Of a stretch of DNA of 64,000 nucleotides, positions 54,680 to 64,000 are shown in pieces (positions within the stretch are counted from its first letter, which is position 1; each line of letters starts with the position of its first letter). Source of the DNA: a virus. The position numbers and the translations under genes were made by a program. The stretch is taken from positions 1-64,000 of the IMG/VR virus record IMGVR_UViG_3300032116_000106, one strand, 5' to 3'. The notes beneath the pieces were generated by a model. That model was given only the letters and a program-made list of their open reading frames with translations. It searched no databases and was not told the DNA's origin.

Positions 54680-55657
54680 CTAATTACTTAATGGTGCTTT
54701 AATTATAGGGTGGGATTCGTAATTTTCTATTACGAAATCTTCTACTTTGTACATAGGTAAACAATCACCTTCCGCTCGTTTAACATGCTCTGCTATTTTT
54801 AATGTTGGTAATCCAAATGGAGTTCTATGTAGTTGCTCTTTTGCTTGCTCAATGTGATTTAAGTATAAATGGGTATCCCCTAAGTTACCAATCAATTCAT
54901 CGGGTATCATATTCACTTCTTTTGCAATAATCTCCAATAATAACCCATAAGATGCAATGTTGAATGGTAATCCTAAAAATGTATCTACACTTCTTTGATT
55001 CCACATTAATGAAAGATATCGCTTACCATCTTTCTCTCTTGTCCAACATTGAAATCCATAATGACAAGGTGGCAAAACCATTGCATCTAATGCACCCACA
55101 TTCCAAGCAGATACCATCAACCGTCTACTATCAGGATTTGTTTTGAGTTCGTTGATTAGATTTTGGATTTGGTCTATGTGTTCGGATTGTAAATAGAAAC
55201 CTTCAGTACCGTCAGTATTACCTTCTACCCACGTGTCACCTTTCCATTGTCTCCATTGTTTACCATAGATTGGGCCTAACTCACCCCACTTCTTAGCAAA
55301 CTCTTCATCGGTTTTGATTTGTTTAATAAACTCTTCTTTAGTTAATTGATACTTGAGGTCAAGTGAAGTTTTCCAAGCGTAGTTCTTATATGCATCACCA
55401 TCCCAAATGTGGCAATCGTAATCCAAAAGGAATTTGATGTTAGTATCTCCTCTTAAAAACCATAGGAGTTCTGTCACCATAACCTTCCATGCCATTTTCT
55501 TTGTAGTTAATAATGGAAACCCTTCACTCATTTTGTGGCGAATCTGCCTACCAAAAACTGAAAGTGTTCCAGTTCCGGTTCTATCAGTTTTAATTGTTCC
55601 ATTAAGAGCCCCTATATCAGTAAGGAGTTGTTGGTATTGTTTATCTAAATTATTCAT
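54680..55657 (-). CDS. thyA: Thymidylate synthase
   Basis: DRTGTGT, FPLLTTKK, ELLWFL.G, LGPIYGKQWR, PDSRR, LPPCH, QRSVD.FLGLPFNIASY and HLYLNH. Confidence 0.98.
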   Translation of the reverse strand: MNNLDKQYQQLLTDIGALNGTIKTDRTGTGTLSVFGRQIRHKMSEGFPLLTTKKMAWKVMVTELLWFLRGDTNIKFLLDYDCHIWDGDAYKNYAWKTSLDLKYQLTKEEFIKQIKTDEEFAKKWGELGPIYGKQWRQWKGDTWVEGNTDGTEGFYLQSEHIDQIQNLINELKTNPDSRRLMVSAWNVGALDAMVLPPCHYGFQCWTREKDGKRYLSLMWNQRSVDTFLGLPFNIASYGLLLEIIAKEVNMIPDELIGNLGDTHLYLNHIEQAKEQLHRTPFGLPTLKIAEHVKRAEGDCLPMYKVEDFVIENYESHPIIKAPLSN

Positions 55658-56030
55658 ATGATTTTAGTCTTTTATGATTTTCTCTTTCAATTTCATGCGA
55701 ATAATTTTCTTTATGCCCAATAATTCTATGAAAATCTTTGTATGCTTTTGGGTGGTAATCTTTTAAATAAGAAATACCAAATTCATATTCAAATAAAACA
55801 CTTTCATATCGGTGTTCTTTATTATCAAATCCATCTTCTATTGAAAATATTTCCATTTGTAAAGAATCAATTACATTTTGTAACGAATCTCTTTTTTGTA
55901 ATGATGTTAGATAACTTTCCTCTGCTTTTGTTATGTTTACTTTAGTATGATTCATACTCATCCCAATCGCAATGATTCCTATAATCAATATTGTAAATAA
56001 TCCAATTTTGTATGTTGTGTTCGAATCCAT
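55650..56030 (-). CDS. Hypothetical membrane-anchored protein
   Basis: N-terminal hydrophobic helix IGLFTILIIGIIAIGM followed by a coiled coil. Confidence 0.7.
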   Translation of the reverse strand: MDSNTTYKIGLFTILIIGIIAIGMSMNHTKVNITKAEESYLTSLQKRDSLQNVIDSLQMEIFSIEDGFDNKEHRYESVLFEYEFGISYLKDYHPKAYKDFHRIIGHKENYSHEIERENHKRLKSYE

Positions 56031-56031
56031 A

Positions 56032-56958
56032 TTATAATGATAATTTTAGTTTTATTAAATCTTCAAAAGATGAAGTTGTATTGGTTTCAATTTGTTTTGT
56101 TACTTCGATAAACCCCATTTCCGAAGGGTCTTTACCATTTAAGGTTATTATCTTACAATCAATTCCATTATTAGTAAGGTATTGATAATGCCTCACAGCA
56201 TCTCCCATTGCATCGGTATCTAATACGATATTAACTGATGGTTTCTTTGTAAGTATTTTATCACTTAATAGTTTTGGGAGTGTTTTACCAAAAATAGGCA
56301 CTGCATTTCTTTTAATTGCAATTGCATCAAATGCCCCTTCACAAAGTGTTATAGGCATATCCCAATTTATAGTTGAATCAAATCCAATTATATTTTTTGA
56401 TACAGGAGGATTTTTATATTTCATATTTTCATTTGGGTAAATACTTCTTGCGATAAAGAAATTTAATCTGCTATCTGAATCATAAGATGGTATAATAACC
56501 CTACCTTTGTATAACCCACTATCACAATAACCTATTCGATGTTTAAGAATGTCATTATCACTTATTCCCCTCTTCTTTAAATAATTATAAGCTACTTTAT
56601 ATTCTATAATATGCTGATTATCTAAAATAGTTTTGTATTCGGAAGGTAATTTAAGTTCAATTTGTTCTTCATCTTTTATATCTCCTCCAATGTTGGCTTC
56701 GTTGTAAATAGTATTAACTTTTACTATTACCTCTCTATCAACTTGTAATTTACGAAGAAGTGTATATACCTTCTTACCCTTTGAATCGCATACCCAACAT
56801 CTCCACTTTTGTGATTCTAAATTAACTTGCAATTTAGGTTTATGATGTGAACAAAAAGGGCAATAGTATTGGATTTCATCTTTACCCAAATTTCTACCGC
56901 CGCCTAAAACCTCATCGATTTTAGTTTTAACATATTGCTTATCTATTTCAGAAATCAT
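56032..56958 (-). CDS. DNA primase (Zn-finger + TOPRIM)
   Basis: CPFC.H...CWVC, YLKKRGI, RVIIP, KYKNP, CEGAFDA and LDTDA. Confidence 0.9.
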   Translation of the reverse strand: MISEIDKQYVKTKIDEVLGGGRNLGKDEIQYYCPFCSHHKPKLQVNLESQKWRCWVCDSKGKKVYTLLRKLQVDREVIVKVNTIYNEANIGGDIKDEEQIELKLPSEYKTILDNQHIIEYKVAYNYLKKRGISDNDILKHRIGYCDSGLYKGRVIIPSYDSDSRLNFFIARSIYPNENMKYKNPPVSKNIIGFDSTINWDMPITLCEGAFDAIAIKRNAVPIFGKTLPKLLSDKILTKKPSVNIVLDTDAMGDAVRHYQYLTNNGIDCKIITLNGKDPSEMGFIEVTKQIETNTTSSFEDLIKLKLSL

Positions 56959-57667
56959 AACGCTCTAATAAAAATTTTAGATACCAATTATTTCCTTCAT
57001 CATTTAAATGCTTATCTACTCTAGAAACAAAGTAATTGGTCTTATCGGTTTTCCTTAAATAAGTTTCAATCGAATTGTATTCCCCAAACTTAATATGTTC
57101 TGAATTTAATTCCGAATCGTTTTTAAAGTGAGTATCATAATCGTTGGTAAAAAACAAATACTCAAAATTAATCCCTACACTTCTACATAAATTGGATAGA
57201 ATTTTTAATTCTAAAAGTAAATCTTTTAGTATTCTATAATAATTTAAATGATATACAAATGAGCAATACGGTGAAAATAAATTTTTAATAAGAGGATCTT
57301 TACTCCACCCTAAATATGGATACAAAGTATTATACATCTTATCCTCAAAAATAGAATTATCCCTAATCAAATTATTTTTTTCTAAATACTCTAAATTTTC
57401 AGGTGATGAGATTGAACTTTGAAATGTATCATTGTAGAGAACCATTAGCCTTTCGGGAACAGTTAGTTGAACCAAAATATTACACCCAAATTTGTTTTCT
57501 TCAATTAATTTATTTACCTTTAACTTTACCAATTTAAGTATATGCTCATTCGATAAAGATGAATGTGAATTATTCTCTAACTGCAAATGCAGGGAATTTT
57601 CAAGTATAAGTTTATCATTTAGCAGAGAAAATGAATCACCAAATAGGTATAATTTTTTCATACCCAA
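56948..57667 (-). CDS. SGNH-like protein
   Basis: LFGDSFS, SLSN, VQLT.PER and DKHLN..GN. Confidence 0.65.
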   Translation of the reverse strand: MGMKKLYLFGDSFSLLNDKLILENSLHLQLENNSHSSLSNEHILKLVKLKVNKLIEENKFGCNILVQLTVPERLMVLYNDTFQSSISSPENLEYLEKNNLIRDNSIFEDKMYNTLYPYLGWSKDPLIKNLFSPYCSFVYHLNYYRILKDLLLELKILSNLCRSVGINFEYLFFTNDYDTHFKNDSELNSEHIKFGEYNSIETYLRKTDKTNYFVSRVDKHLNDEGNNWYLKFLLERYDF

Positions 57668-57677
57668 ATGTATGAAA

Positions 57678-58499
57678 TTATTTTATCAATTCCAAATATT
57701 TTTTATACAATGTATTGGCTAACCACTTATGGGAAGCGGAGCAAGGGTGGTCATCATTTACCCCTATATTTTGCCTTAAAGTAAGATAACAATCCTTATT
57801 CATCGAATCCCAACTTCGGTATTCATTTCCATTGAAATTTATAGGTAAATAATATGGACTTTCTTTAATAGTATCATAAATTAAGTGGTGAGAATAAAAA
57901 TCTTCCAGCCCCATAAAAAATACACACTTACATCCCATTTCTTCCAACTCCTTAAATTTTTCTATTAGTTTATTGTAAATAATAAAAAATACTTCGGCTA
58001 TTGTTTCGTTTAGTGAACTTCTTCTTAAAGGGTCATCTAATAAGTTTATATTTTCTATTATTTTTTTCTTTAAATCTACACCTAACCATCTTACTCCTTC
58101 ATCATGCCCACCAAATGAATTACTATTAGTAAATTCAACTATATCTCTTATTACATTTGTAAATTGAAAAACACAATATTTTGGAACATAATTTTTTTCA
58201 ACCTTAAGGTATTCCATCAAAATTCCTAACCTCTCAATGTTTCTATAATTGTTTCCCCCATTTTCGTTTTTAGTCATTAAGCTAAAATTCAAAAAATTTT
58301 TAAGGATACCAGACCATCTATATTTTTCTCTATACGCTACTAACTCATCCAATGAAATCATTATTAAGGATGAGGGATAATATGTAACTTTATTTTTATA
58401 TAATTCAAAAGATGTTGGGTATTTTTCTTGCCAATGATGAAATTCTAACCCCTCCCCATAAGTAAATGAACAACCAAACGTTAATAATAAATTTGTCAT
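57678..58499 (-). CDS. SGNH-like protein
   Basis: TFGCSFTYGEGL, NGGNN, FQFT...R and DDHP...SH. Confidence 0.7.
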   Translation of the reverse strand: MTNLLLTFGCSFTYGEGLEFHHWQEKYPTSFELYKNKVTYYPSSLIMISLDELVAYREKYRWSGILKNFLNFSLMTKNENGGNNYRNIERLGILMEYLKVEKNYVPKYCVFQFTNVIRDIVEFTNSNSFGGHDEGVRWLGVDLKKKIIENINLLDDPLRRSSLNETIAEVFFIIYNKLIEKFKELEEMGCKCVFFMGLEDFYSHHLIYDTIKESPYYLPINFNGNEYRSWDSMNKDCYLTLRQNIGVNDDHPCSASHKWLANTLYKKYLELIK

Positions 58500-58939
58500 A
58501 TATGAGGAATGTCTTTTCTAAAAAATTTTCCCAATATGTTATCATTATAAAAAACATTTGGGTTTTCTAATACTTCTAATGAAAATAGATACTTTGTTTC
58601 CAAGTATGTTAGGTGTTTTGGGGAAAAGGCAAATTGAATAATAGTTCTCTTAAATTCACTACTCTTACCTTCCTTAATAAGTTGTTTGATTTCGGAATGT
58701 GAACCATAGTAGGATTTCCAATCACTTTCTTTTTGAACTTTCTTTTTCTTACTAGCTCTTTTATCGGTTAATTCCGCTAATTCCTTTTTACCCAAAGCCT
58801 TAGTGGTCACCGAAATAAGTTGTTTTCTTCCTATATATTTTTTGCCAGTTGGAATATGATATACTTCATAAACAAACCCAAAAGCATCTTCCGGTATCTG
58901 ATTAATATCGGAAATTAATTCGTTTTTATACTCCCACAT
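58496..58939 (-). CDS. GIY-YIG family nuclease
   Basis: GFVYEV....TGKKYIGRK, YYGS, E..Y and FYNDNI. Confidence 0.75.
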   Translation of the reverse strand: MWEYKNELISDINQIPEDAFGFVYEVYHIPTGKKYIGRKQLISVTTKALGKKELAELTDKRASKKKKVQKESDWKSYYGSHSEIKQLIKEGKSSEFKRTIIQFAFSPKHLTYLETKYLFSLEVLENPNVFYNDNILGKFFRKDIPHI

Positions 58940-58958
58940 CTGTAACCTTTATTTTAAT

Positions 58959-59189
58959 TTATCTTTTGGTTTTATCTGAATACTTTGATAAATCTACTTG
59001 CCCCTTTCTAGCTCCACTTAATACCTTATCATTTAAATTATAATCAGTATTACCTGTCAATGCTTTTGAAGTAAATCCTTTTACTGCTAATAATCCACCT
59101 ACTTTAGTTTTTATGTAGTCGGTTATTTGGCTAGGAGCATTTTTCTCAGCCATTTTTGAATTTTTGTAAAGATCTATTATCTGTGCCAT
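58959..59189 (-). CDS. Small hypothetical (late) protein
   Basis: 76 aa ORF preceded by a late motif at 59206. Confidence 0.65.
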   Translation of the reverse strand: MAQIIDLYKNSKMAEKNAPSQITDYIKTKVGGLLAVKGFTSKALTGNTDYNLNDKVLSGARKGQVDLSKYSDKTKR

Positions 59190-59205
59190 AGTTTGTTTAT
59201 TTTTA

Positions 59206-59213
59206 TATAAATA
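59206..59213 (-). promoter_or_regulatory. Putative late promoter motif TATTTATA
   Basis: Minus strand AATATTTATA. Confidence 0.6.
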
Positions 59214-60641
59214 TTAAGTATCGAAACGAATAACGAAATTAATAGGATAATCTGGTGTAGATTTAGGTTTAGATGGTATTTTTGCCACCGCTACCATATC
59301 ATAATTTTCATCATATAATCCAATAGTTGTAATATAAGGTGCTAAATAAGAACCCGTTGGGTCTATTGAGGAACTATATTCATATTCATCAAATCCAATT
59401 TTTGTTGTTCCATTATAATCTGAAACCAATCTAAAATCCAAATTATATGCGTTTGTTGCCCCACTTACATTACCCGGTGTGAAAGGTATATATTTTTTTA
59501 CATATACATCTCCATTATAAAATTTAGTAGCAGAAGGATTTGTGGAATAATTGAATTCATTAGGGTTTACTTCCAAAAATAATTCGTTTTCATAGATTGT
59601 TTTAGTTGATTGGAATTTCATATCCCAATTACCATCATTTCCAAAGTTATAATTACTTTCTTGTTCTAATGTATCACTCGCTCTCTCAACACCATAAGTT
59701 AATACTATGATTCCATTTGAATAAAATATATTACCTATTGTAGTAGCAACATTATATTTGCTTAGTTCCAAAGGAAAGTTAAAATTACCTAATGCTGTCA
59801 ATTCTCCCGATGATACATCAAACTTAAAAATTAAGGTTTCCGATGCCGGTCCACCGCTATAACTTAAATTAATACTTCCTTCATCATCTCCATCAGCATC
59901 ACCCATATCAAAAGAAGTGATGGTTAATGTATAATATAAACCATCATTCATTAAAAATGTAGCCGTATTATTTTCTAAATCAAGTTGTGTTAAATCAACA
60001 AATGCTTTTCCTAAATAAAGTAAATTACCTTTTCCATCATCTACAATAGTTGAATCATCAGTATAGTTGGTTAAAAGTAATGAATTTTTTTTAATTCCTT
60101 CTCCGATATATCTTTGTGGTATATTCCAAAATAAGAATCTATTACCTAACACTCTTTCAGTATTAGAAGCGTAATTATTCATTTCTCCATACACCTTTGT
60201 AACATCAGTATATTTACCTTCAAAAATTATCCCCGCATCATCAACTCTATATGAATTACTATCCAAATATTGTTGAAATTCATCGATGTATTTTTTATCT
60301 GATTGGCTATAATAATACTGAAATGCATTAGTAGTTGGGGTGGATAGGTTATTAGTAATGTTTACATTATATACTTTTAATTGCTTAGCATTATGTTTTC
60401 TCAAATTCCAATTCGTTACAACTCCAATTTGTTTTGCTGAATTAGAATAAAATAATTGCTTTATACCTTTATATAAAGAATACTCTTTATATCCTGCTAC
60501 CTCTCTATTCTCGCTATCCTCAAATGAACCCGATATATTTTCAACGGCATAAACAGGTGCAATAGAACTATCTATCGTCCAATTTTTATAGACTTTAAAT
60601 GGTCTTACCGTTATATCAGATTTTTGAATTGATTTAAACAT
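59214..60641 (-). CDS. Virion structural protein (baseplate/tail-collar-like); probable start MFKSIQ at 60641
   Basis: C-terminal EFNYSTNP...YITTIGLYDENYDMVAVAK. The track start at 60674 lies inside a terminator hairpin. Confidence 0.7.
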   Translation of the reverse strand: MFKSIQKSDITVRPFKVYKNWTIDSSIAPVYAVENISGSFEDSENREVAGYKEYSLYKGIKQLFYSNSAKQIGVVTNWNLRKHNAKQLKVYNVNITNNLSTPTTNAFQYYYSQSDKKYIDEFQQYLDSNSYRVDDAGIIFEGKYTDVTKVYGEMNNYASNTERVLGNRFLFWNIPQRYIGEGIKKNSLLLTNYTDDSTIVDDGKGNLLYLGKAFVDLTQLDLENNTATFLMNDGLYYTLTITSFDMGDADGDDEGSINLSYSGGPASETLIFKFDVSSGELTALGNFNFPLELSKYNVATTIGNIFYSNGIIVLTYGVERASDTLEQESNYNFGNDGNWDMKFQSTKTIYENELFLEVNPNEFNYSTNPSATKFYNGDVYVKKYIPFTPGNVSGATNAYNLDFRLVSDYNGTTKIGFDEYEYSSSIDPTGSYLAPYITTIGLYDENYDMVAVAKIPSKPKSTPDYPINFVIRFDT

Positions 60642-60646
60642 ACACC

Positions 60647-60654
60647 TATAAATA
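60647..60654 (-). promoter_or_regulatory. Putative late promoter motif TATTTATA
   Basis: Immediately after the terminator and 5 nt before ATG 60641. Confidence 0.65.
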
Positions 60655-60662
60655 TAATAATT

Positions 60663-60685
60663 AAAAAAACCCACCGAAGTGGGTT
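60663..60685 (-). terminator. Rho-independent terminator with cUUCGg tetraloop
   Basis: Minus strand AACCCAC-TTCG-GTGGGTT followed by a T run. Confidence 0.9.
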
Positions 60686-60713
60686 CTATTAAAATTAAGG
60701 TTTAAAATTAAAT

Positions 60714-61955
60714 TTAAAAATCAAGTTTTACCTTAATCAACACCTCCTTATCGAAGGATTTCGCGATTGGTTGCGATGTTTTCGCAACTGCAATCAATTC
60801 GTTAGCATCGTTGTATAAACCAACTGATGTGATATATGTTTTAGGATCAGATTCAAATGAAGGTTCTCTAAATGTTCCATCAGAACCACTTACAAATGTA
60901 GGATTGTTTGAGAAGTTAAATTCTCTATTAGTCGCTCTTACAAAGAAGTGTTGAGTTGATACATTTTCAGTTCTTCTCATTTCAAAATCTGCTCCGCCTT
61001 TAATTGCGTTAAATAATAATTTTTGGTTATAAGTTTCAACCGAAGTAGATCCGGTTGTTGGTAATAACTCACTTCCCACTACTGATGCTAATGCGGTTGG
61101 ATTTAATAACATAATACCCAATTTAGGATAGAACTTACCAAATCCTTGTTGATTAGATGCGGTATATGTATTGATAGTTGCTGCTGCCTCAGTTCCAACA
61201 TTTGTTGAACCAGAAACTATATTAAAAACAGTTCCTGCTTTACCAGCTTTATCAGAAAACTTCTTACCACTATCATCTATAAAATACCTTATTCCATTAG
61301 AACCGCTTAATGTTAATGTAAAATTACCCGCATCAGCCTGTTGTCTATATCTAGCTCTTGCTAAGTTAATAACATATGCATGATCTATTTGGTAACCATC
61401 TTCAATTGATGCTGAATATACTGTAAAGTATTCATCAGCTTCACCTTCATAGTTATCATTCAATAACATTCTATATTGTGAATAGATTGCTTTTGTTGGT
61501 AAAAGAGCAGAATCAGATGTTGTTAATTGAACCGAACCACTTGCGAACTTATGCCCGTAAGCAATCGCAAATTCAACAGGTGCAGATGATCCAGTGTTTG
61601 AACCAGTTAAGTAAACATTTAGATAATACTTCGATGCATCTGAACCACTGTGTCCTGCTATTGTTGTTGTAGAACCGGTCACCATTGAACCATTTAAACT
61701 ACCACTACCATTACTCCACAATCCTTCAGTTACTACTTCAATTTTATTTGAAATCTTATCAAACTCACCAAATTTTTTAAAAATACCTTGTGATAATACA
61801 CCACCACTCGCCACACCCAATCTTTCATTAGGTGGCAATGATGCATTAATTATATTAGCAATCGCAGTTGCATCAATTACACCCGCATTATCGATAAGAT
61901 ATTGGGATAATTGTTGTGTTACTGCTGCTCCTTGTGCTCCTGTAATTTGTGCCAT
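60714..61955 (-). CDS. Virion structural protein (paralogous C-terminus with 59214)
   Basis: EFNFSNNPTF...YITSVGLYNDANELIAVAK..P..K. Confidence 0.7.
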   Translation of the reverse strand: MAQITGAQGAAVTQQLSQYLIDNAGVIDATAIANIINASLPPNERLGVASGGVLSQGIFKKFGEFDKISNKIEVVTEGLWSNGSGSLNGSMVTGSTTTIAGHSGSDASKYYLNVYLTGSNTGSSAPVEFAIAYGHKFASGSVQLTTSDSALLPTKAIYSQYRMLLNDNYEGEADEYFTVYSASIEDGYQIDHAYVINLARARYRQQADAGNFTLTLSGSNGIRYFIDDSGKKFSDKAGKAGTVFNIVSGSTNVGTEAAATINTYTASNQQGFGKFYPKLGIMLLNPTALASVVGSELLPTTGSTSVETYNQKLLFNAIKGGADFEMRRTENVSTQHFFVRATNREFNFSNNPTFVSGSDGTFREPSFESDPKTYITSVGLYNDANELIAVAKTSQPIAKSFDKEVLIKVKLDF

Positions 61956-61971
61956 TTTCTATTTTTAATTT

Positions 61972-62586
61972 TTATGCTACATAGTTTACTGTCACAGGAA
62001 TAGAAACTGAACCCCCGGTCTCGTTTCCATAAACTGTCAAAGTTGTTACAACTGTTGCAGTAAGTGCAGGGTTTGGAATAAATTCAAATGAAGTTCCTCT
62101 CCTAACATCAGCTGTTGCTGCTACTGAATCACTAACTGAAATTTGTCCCGTTGCTGCAACTCCTAAACCGATTAAAGTTCCTGCCGTCTTATCAGCTAAA
62201 ACTGCGGTATATCCAGAAGTTGTATTACCTGCCGGTGAAGTTGTTGGTGAAATAGTAACTTTACCTCTCGTTTGATTTGTGCTAATGGAAGTAGTTCCAA
62301 TAGATACCTGAGGTATTTTAGTTGTTCCTTTTGGAAGTGTTACAAGTTTATATTTTAAAACTTGTGTTTCATCTGGTGATGCTTCTAAAATAGGAATTGC
62401 TTTAATAGCCGCATCATAATATGCAGAACCTTTTGGGTGCGCTGCATCATACAATTGGTAATCAATTTCATCATCACCCAATGCAAATTGAGTAATGTTT
62501 AACGATTGTCCCGCTGCTAATTTTTCTCTACCTTTTTTTGTAAGAATAGCATCTACAATTATGCTCGAATTATCTAAGTAAGCCAT
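61972..62586 (-). CDS. Virion structural protein (tail-collar/baseplate-like)
   Basis: DAILTKKGREKLAAG..LNITQFALGDDEIDY, followed by a Thr-rich Ig-like C-terminus. Confidence 0.7.
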   Translation of the reverse strand: MAYLDNSSIIVDAILTKKGREKLAAGQSLNITQFALGDDEIDYQLYDAAHPKGSAYYDAAIKAIPILEASPDETQVLKYKLVTLPKGTTKIPQVSIGTTSISTNQTRGKVTISPTTSPAGNTTSGYTAVLADKTAGTLIGLGVAATGQISVSDSVAATADVRRGTSFEFIPNPALTATVVTTLTVYGNETGGSVSIPVTVNYVA

Positions 62587-62614
62587 TTTTAATTATTTTG
62601 GTCTTTTTTTCAAT

Positions 62615-62622
62615 TATAAATA
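62615..62622 (-). promoter_or_regulatory. Putative late promoter motif TATTTATA
   Basis: Minus strand TATATTTATA upstream of 62586. Confidence 0.6.
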
Positions 62623-62649
62623 TATAACCTTTTAGTTTTACAACTTTTT

Positions 62650-64000
62650 TTAATCAACTTCCAAAATTGGTTCTCCACTTCCTCTTCCAGAAGGTGATAC
62701 TCTCAATCTATTTGGATTAGTAACAAATACTTCAACAGGCGATGTTCCGTCTAAAGTAGTATCAGAAGTTTGCTTAGAACCCTCATAAAAACTATTTTCT
62801 AATCCCCTCGCAGTATCCTTTGTATATCTATAATGTCCGCTAGTATATCCATCAAATGGTTCAATAGCGGTTATTATTCCATTTTTATATGGGAATACCC
62901 CCAATGCCGAACTTATATCAGTATAGAATGAGTGTGCAGTAGGAGTTCTAAACGCTCCACTTGCATTTTCATCAAATGGGCTTATTAAAACCATTTTTTT
63001 CTCAAATCTATATTTTAGTTCTAATTCAATTTTATCAGTAACTCCTAATTTAGTGGTATTGTATAGTGATGATGATAAACCATTTTCAGTTACTCTTTTC
63101 GGAACATATCTACCATATCTTATTGTTAGGATATAAGCGTTATATCTTTCGGTTAATACTAATGTTCCATCTTCTCTAAAATATGTTCTATCCAATGCAC
63201 CATTTTCACCATAAAGACCGAATCCTAAATTAAAAGGTGAGTCTGCATCATTTCCTATTTGTTGGTATGAATCCTCTAAATCATATTCTCCTACAATTGT
63301 TGCATTTCGTAATCCTGCATCAATTTTTATTTCAATGCCACCCATCGTTGAACCAGAATTGTAGATGATTTCCCCATCCATTAATTCATCGGTTACCAAT
63401 GTGTTACTTGCGGTATAGAAAATGTAATCCGAATTAATGCTCATCAACCCATCAACACTATATGAAGATGAATAGAATGGAGTTGTAACATCTAATTCTC
63501 TATCCAATTCTACATTAAGACTTCCAGTATGATAAGGAACATCTAAAGTTATTTGTTGCGTTTCAGTTACATCGATAGATGAATCATAATAAATTTTATC
63601 CGCTTTCGGTCTATTAATTTTTATCTTACTTCTATCTAATAAAGAAGGTTCAATTAATATACCTTTTGATACATTAGCTCTCGCAGGTATTACCTGTTCT
63701 AACATATCAAATAGGGATTTATCAACTGATTTTATCAATCGAATATATTCATCAAAGTTTAATGATGTTCTTTGGAAATAATAATTTCTTAATTCAGTAA
63801 GACTTGAATAGGTATCAGTTCCATATTCATCTCCCCAATCACCTATATAATCACCTATATTTAATGCACCTAATGAACGAAGAATGTCTAAATTCAATTC
63901 TTTCACCGGTGAGAAAAATAATCCTAATCTATTTGAATCTATCGGTGCTCTATCAAATGCTTTTTTAGTAGCTCTTGCTTTATATGATAATTGACCGGTT
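62650..64000 (-). CDS. Large structural (baseplate-wedge-like) protein, C-terminal part; 5' end outside the window
   Basis: The frame stays open to the window edge (TGQLSYKARATKKAFDRAPIDSNRLGLFFSPVKELN...). VIPARA....GILIEPSLLDRSK motif. Confidence 0.7.
   Translation of the reverse strand, partial: TGQLSYKARATKKAFDRAPIDSNRLGLFFSPVKELNLDILRSLGALNIGDYIGDWGDEYGTDTYSSLTELRNYYFQRTSLNFDEYIRLIKSVDKSLFDMLEQVIPARANVSKGILIEPSLLDRSKIKINRPKADKIYYDSSIDVTETQQITLDVPYHTGSLNVELDRELDVTTPFYSSSYSVDGLMSINSDYIFYTASNTLVTDELMDGEIIYNSGSTMGGIEIKIDAGLRNATIVGEYDLEDSYQQIGNDADSPFNLGFGLYGENGALDRTYFREDGTLVLTERYNAYILTIRYGRYVPKRVTENGLSSSLYNTTKLGVTDKIELELKYRFEKKMVLISPFDENASGAFRTPTAHSFYTDISSALGVFPYKNGIITAIEPFDGYTSGHYRYTKDTARGLENSFYEGSKQTSDTTLDGTSPVEVFVTNPNRLRVSPSGRGSGEPILEVD

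Noticed and set aside
54680-55657. thyA as a dCMP hydroxymethylase feeding DNA glycosylation, or intron-containing like T4 td
   Set aside because: It retains the dUMP-specifying Asn (PFNIASY) and is uninterrupted. No base-modification genes are evident, although DNA as the glycan target cannot be fully excluded.
58496-58939. Mobile homing endonuclease
   Set aside because: Only a catalytic GIY-YIG domain, with no appended DNA-binding repeats or intron context. More likely a resident nuclease.
5611-61672. Numerous 60-135 aa + strand ORFs in the track
   Set aside because: They lie antisense within well-supported minus-strand genes and have no recognisable motifs. Only 48455..48640 is accepted.
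1-64000. Stop-codon recoding, tRNAs, CRISPR arrays, DGR, inteins
   Set aside because: Code 11 gives dense full-length ORFs ending in TAA, TAG and TGA. By eye I saw no cloverleafs, spaced direct repeats, reverse transcriptase or intein insertions (terL and primase are normal length).

Overview
This 64 kb window comes from a large, AT-rich, T4-like (myovirus-type) phage genome using genetic code 11. Almost every gene is on the minus strand. The host is probably Bacteroidota, based on TAnnTTTG host-type promoters, A-rich Shine-Dalgarno-less leaders and a phage bS21 gene. In window order: (1) a head module with major capsid (partial), scaffold, ribosomal protein bS21, prohead protease, portal, large terminase and putative head-packaged enzymes; (2) a ~27 kb translationally coupled glycan-building cluster with NDP-sugar epimerases/reductases, split TPP-enzyme subunits, GT10-like, GT7+LamG, GT2 and GT4 glycosyltransferases, SGNH proteins, a sulfotransferase, a methyltransferase, two radical SAM enzymes, a PLP enzyme and 2OG oxygenases; (3) directly upstream in the same apparent late operon, a prolyl-4-hydroxylase-like gene, a polyproline adhesin-like protein (runs of 29, 18 and 13 Pro) and a long tail fibre with an S74 chaperone; (4) a fused Mre11-Rad50, a putative restriction-modification pair, thyA and a primase; (5) baseplate/tail structural genes. 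The strongest candidate for a novel system is an extensin-like pathway that hydroxylates and glycosylates a polyproline tail-tip protein. A second candidate is a set of capsid-packaged enzymes with a shared MNNL...LGE leader, including an Ntn hydrolase whose catalytic Cys would be exposed by the prohead protease. All functional calls are by motif recognition only; no searches were run.
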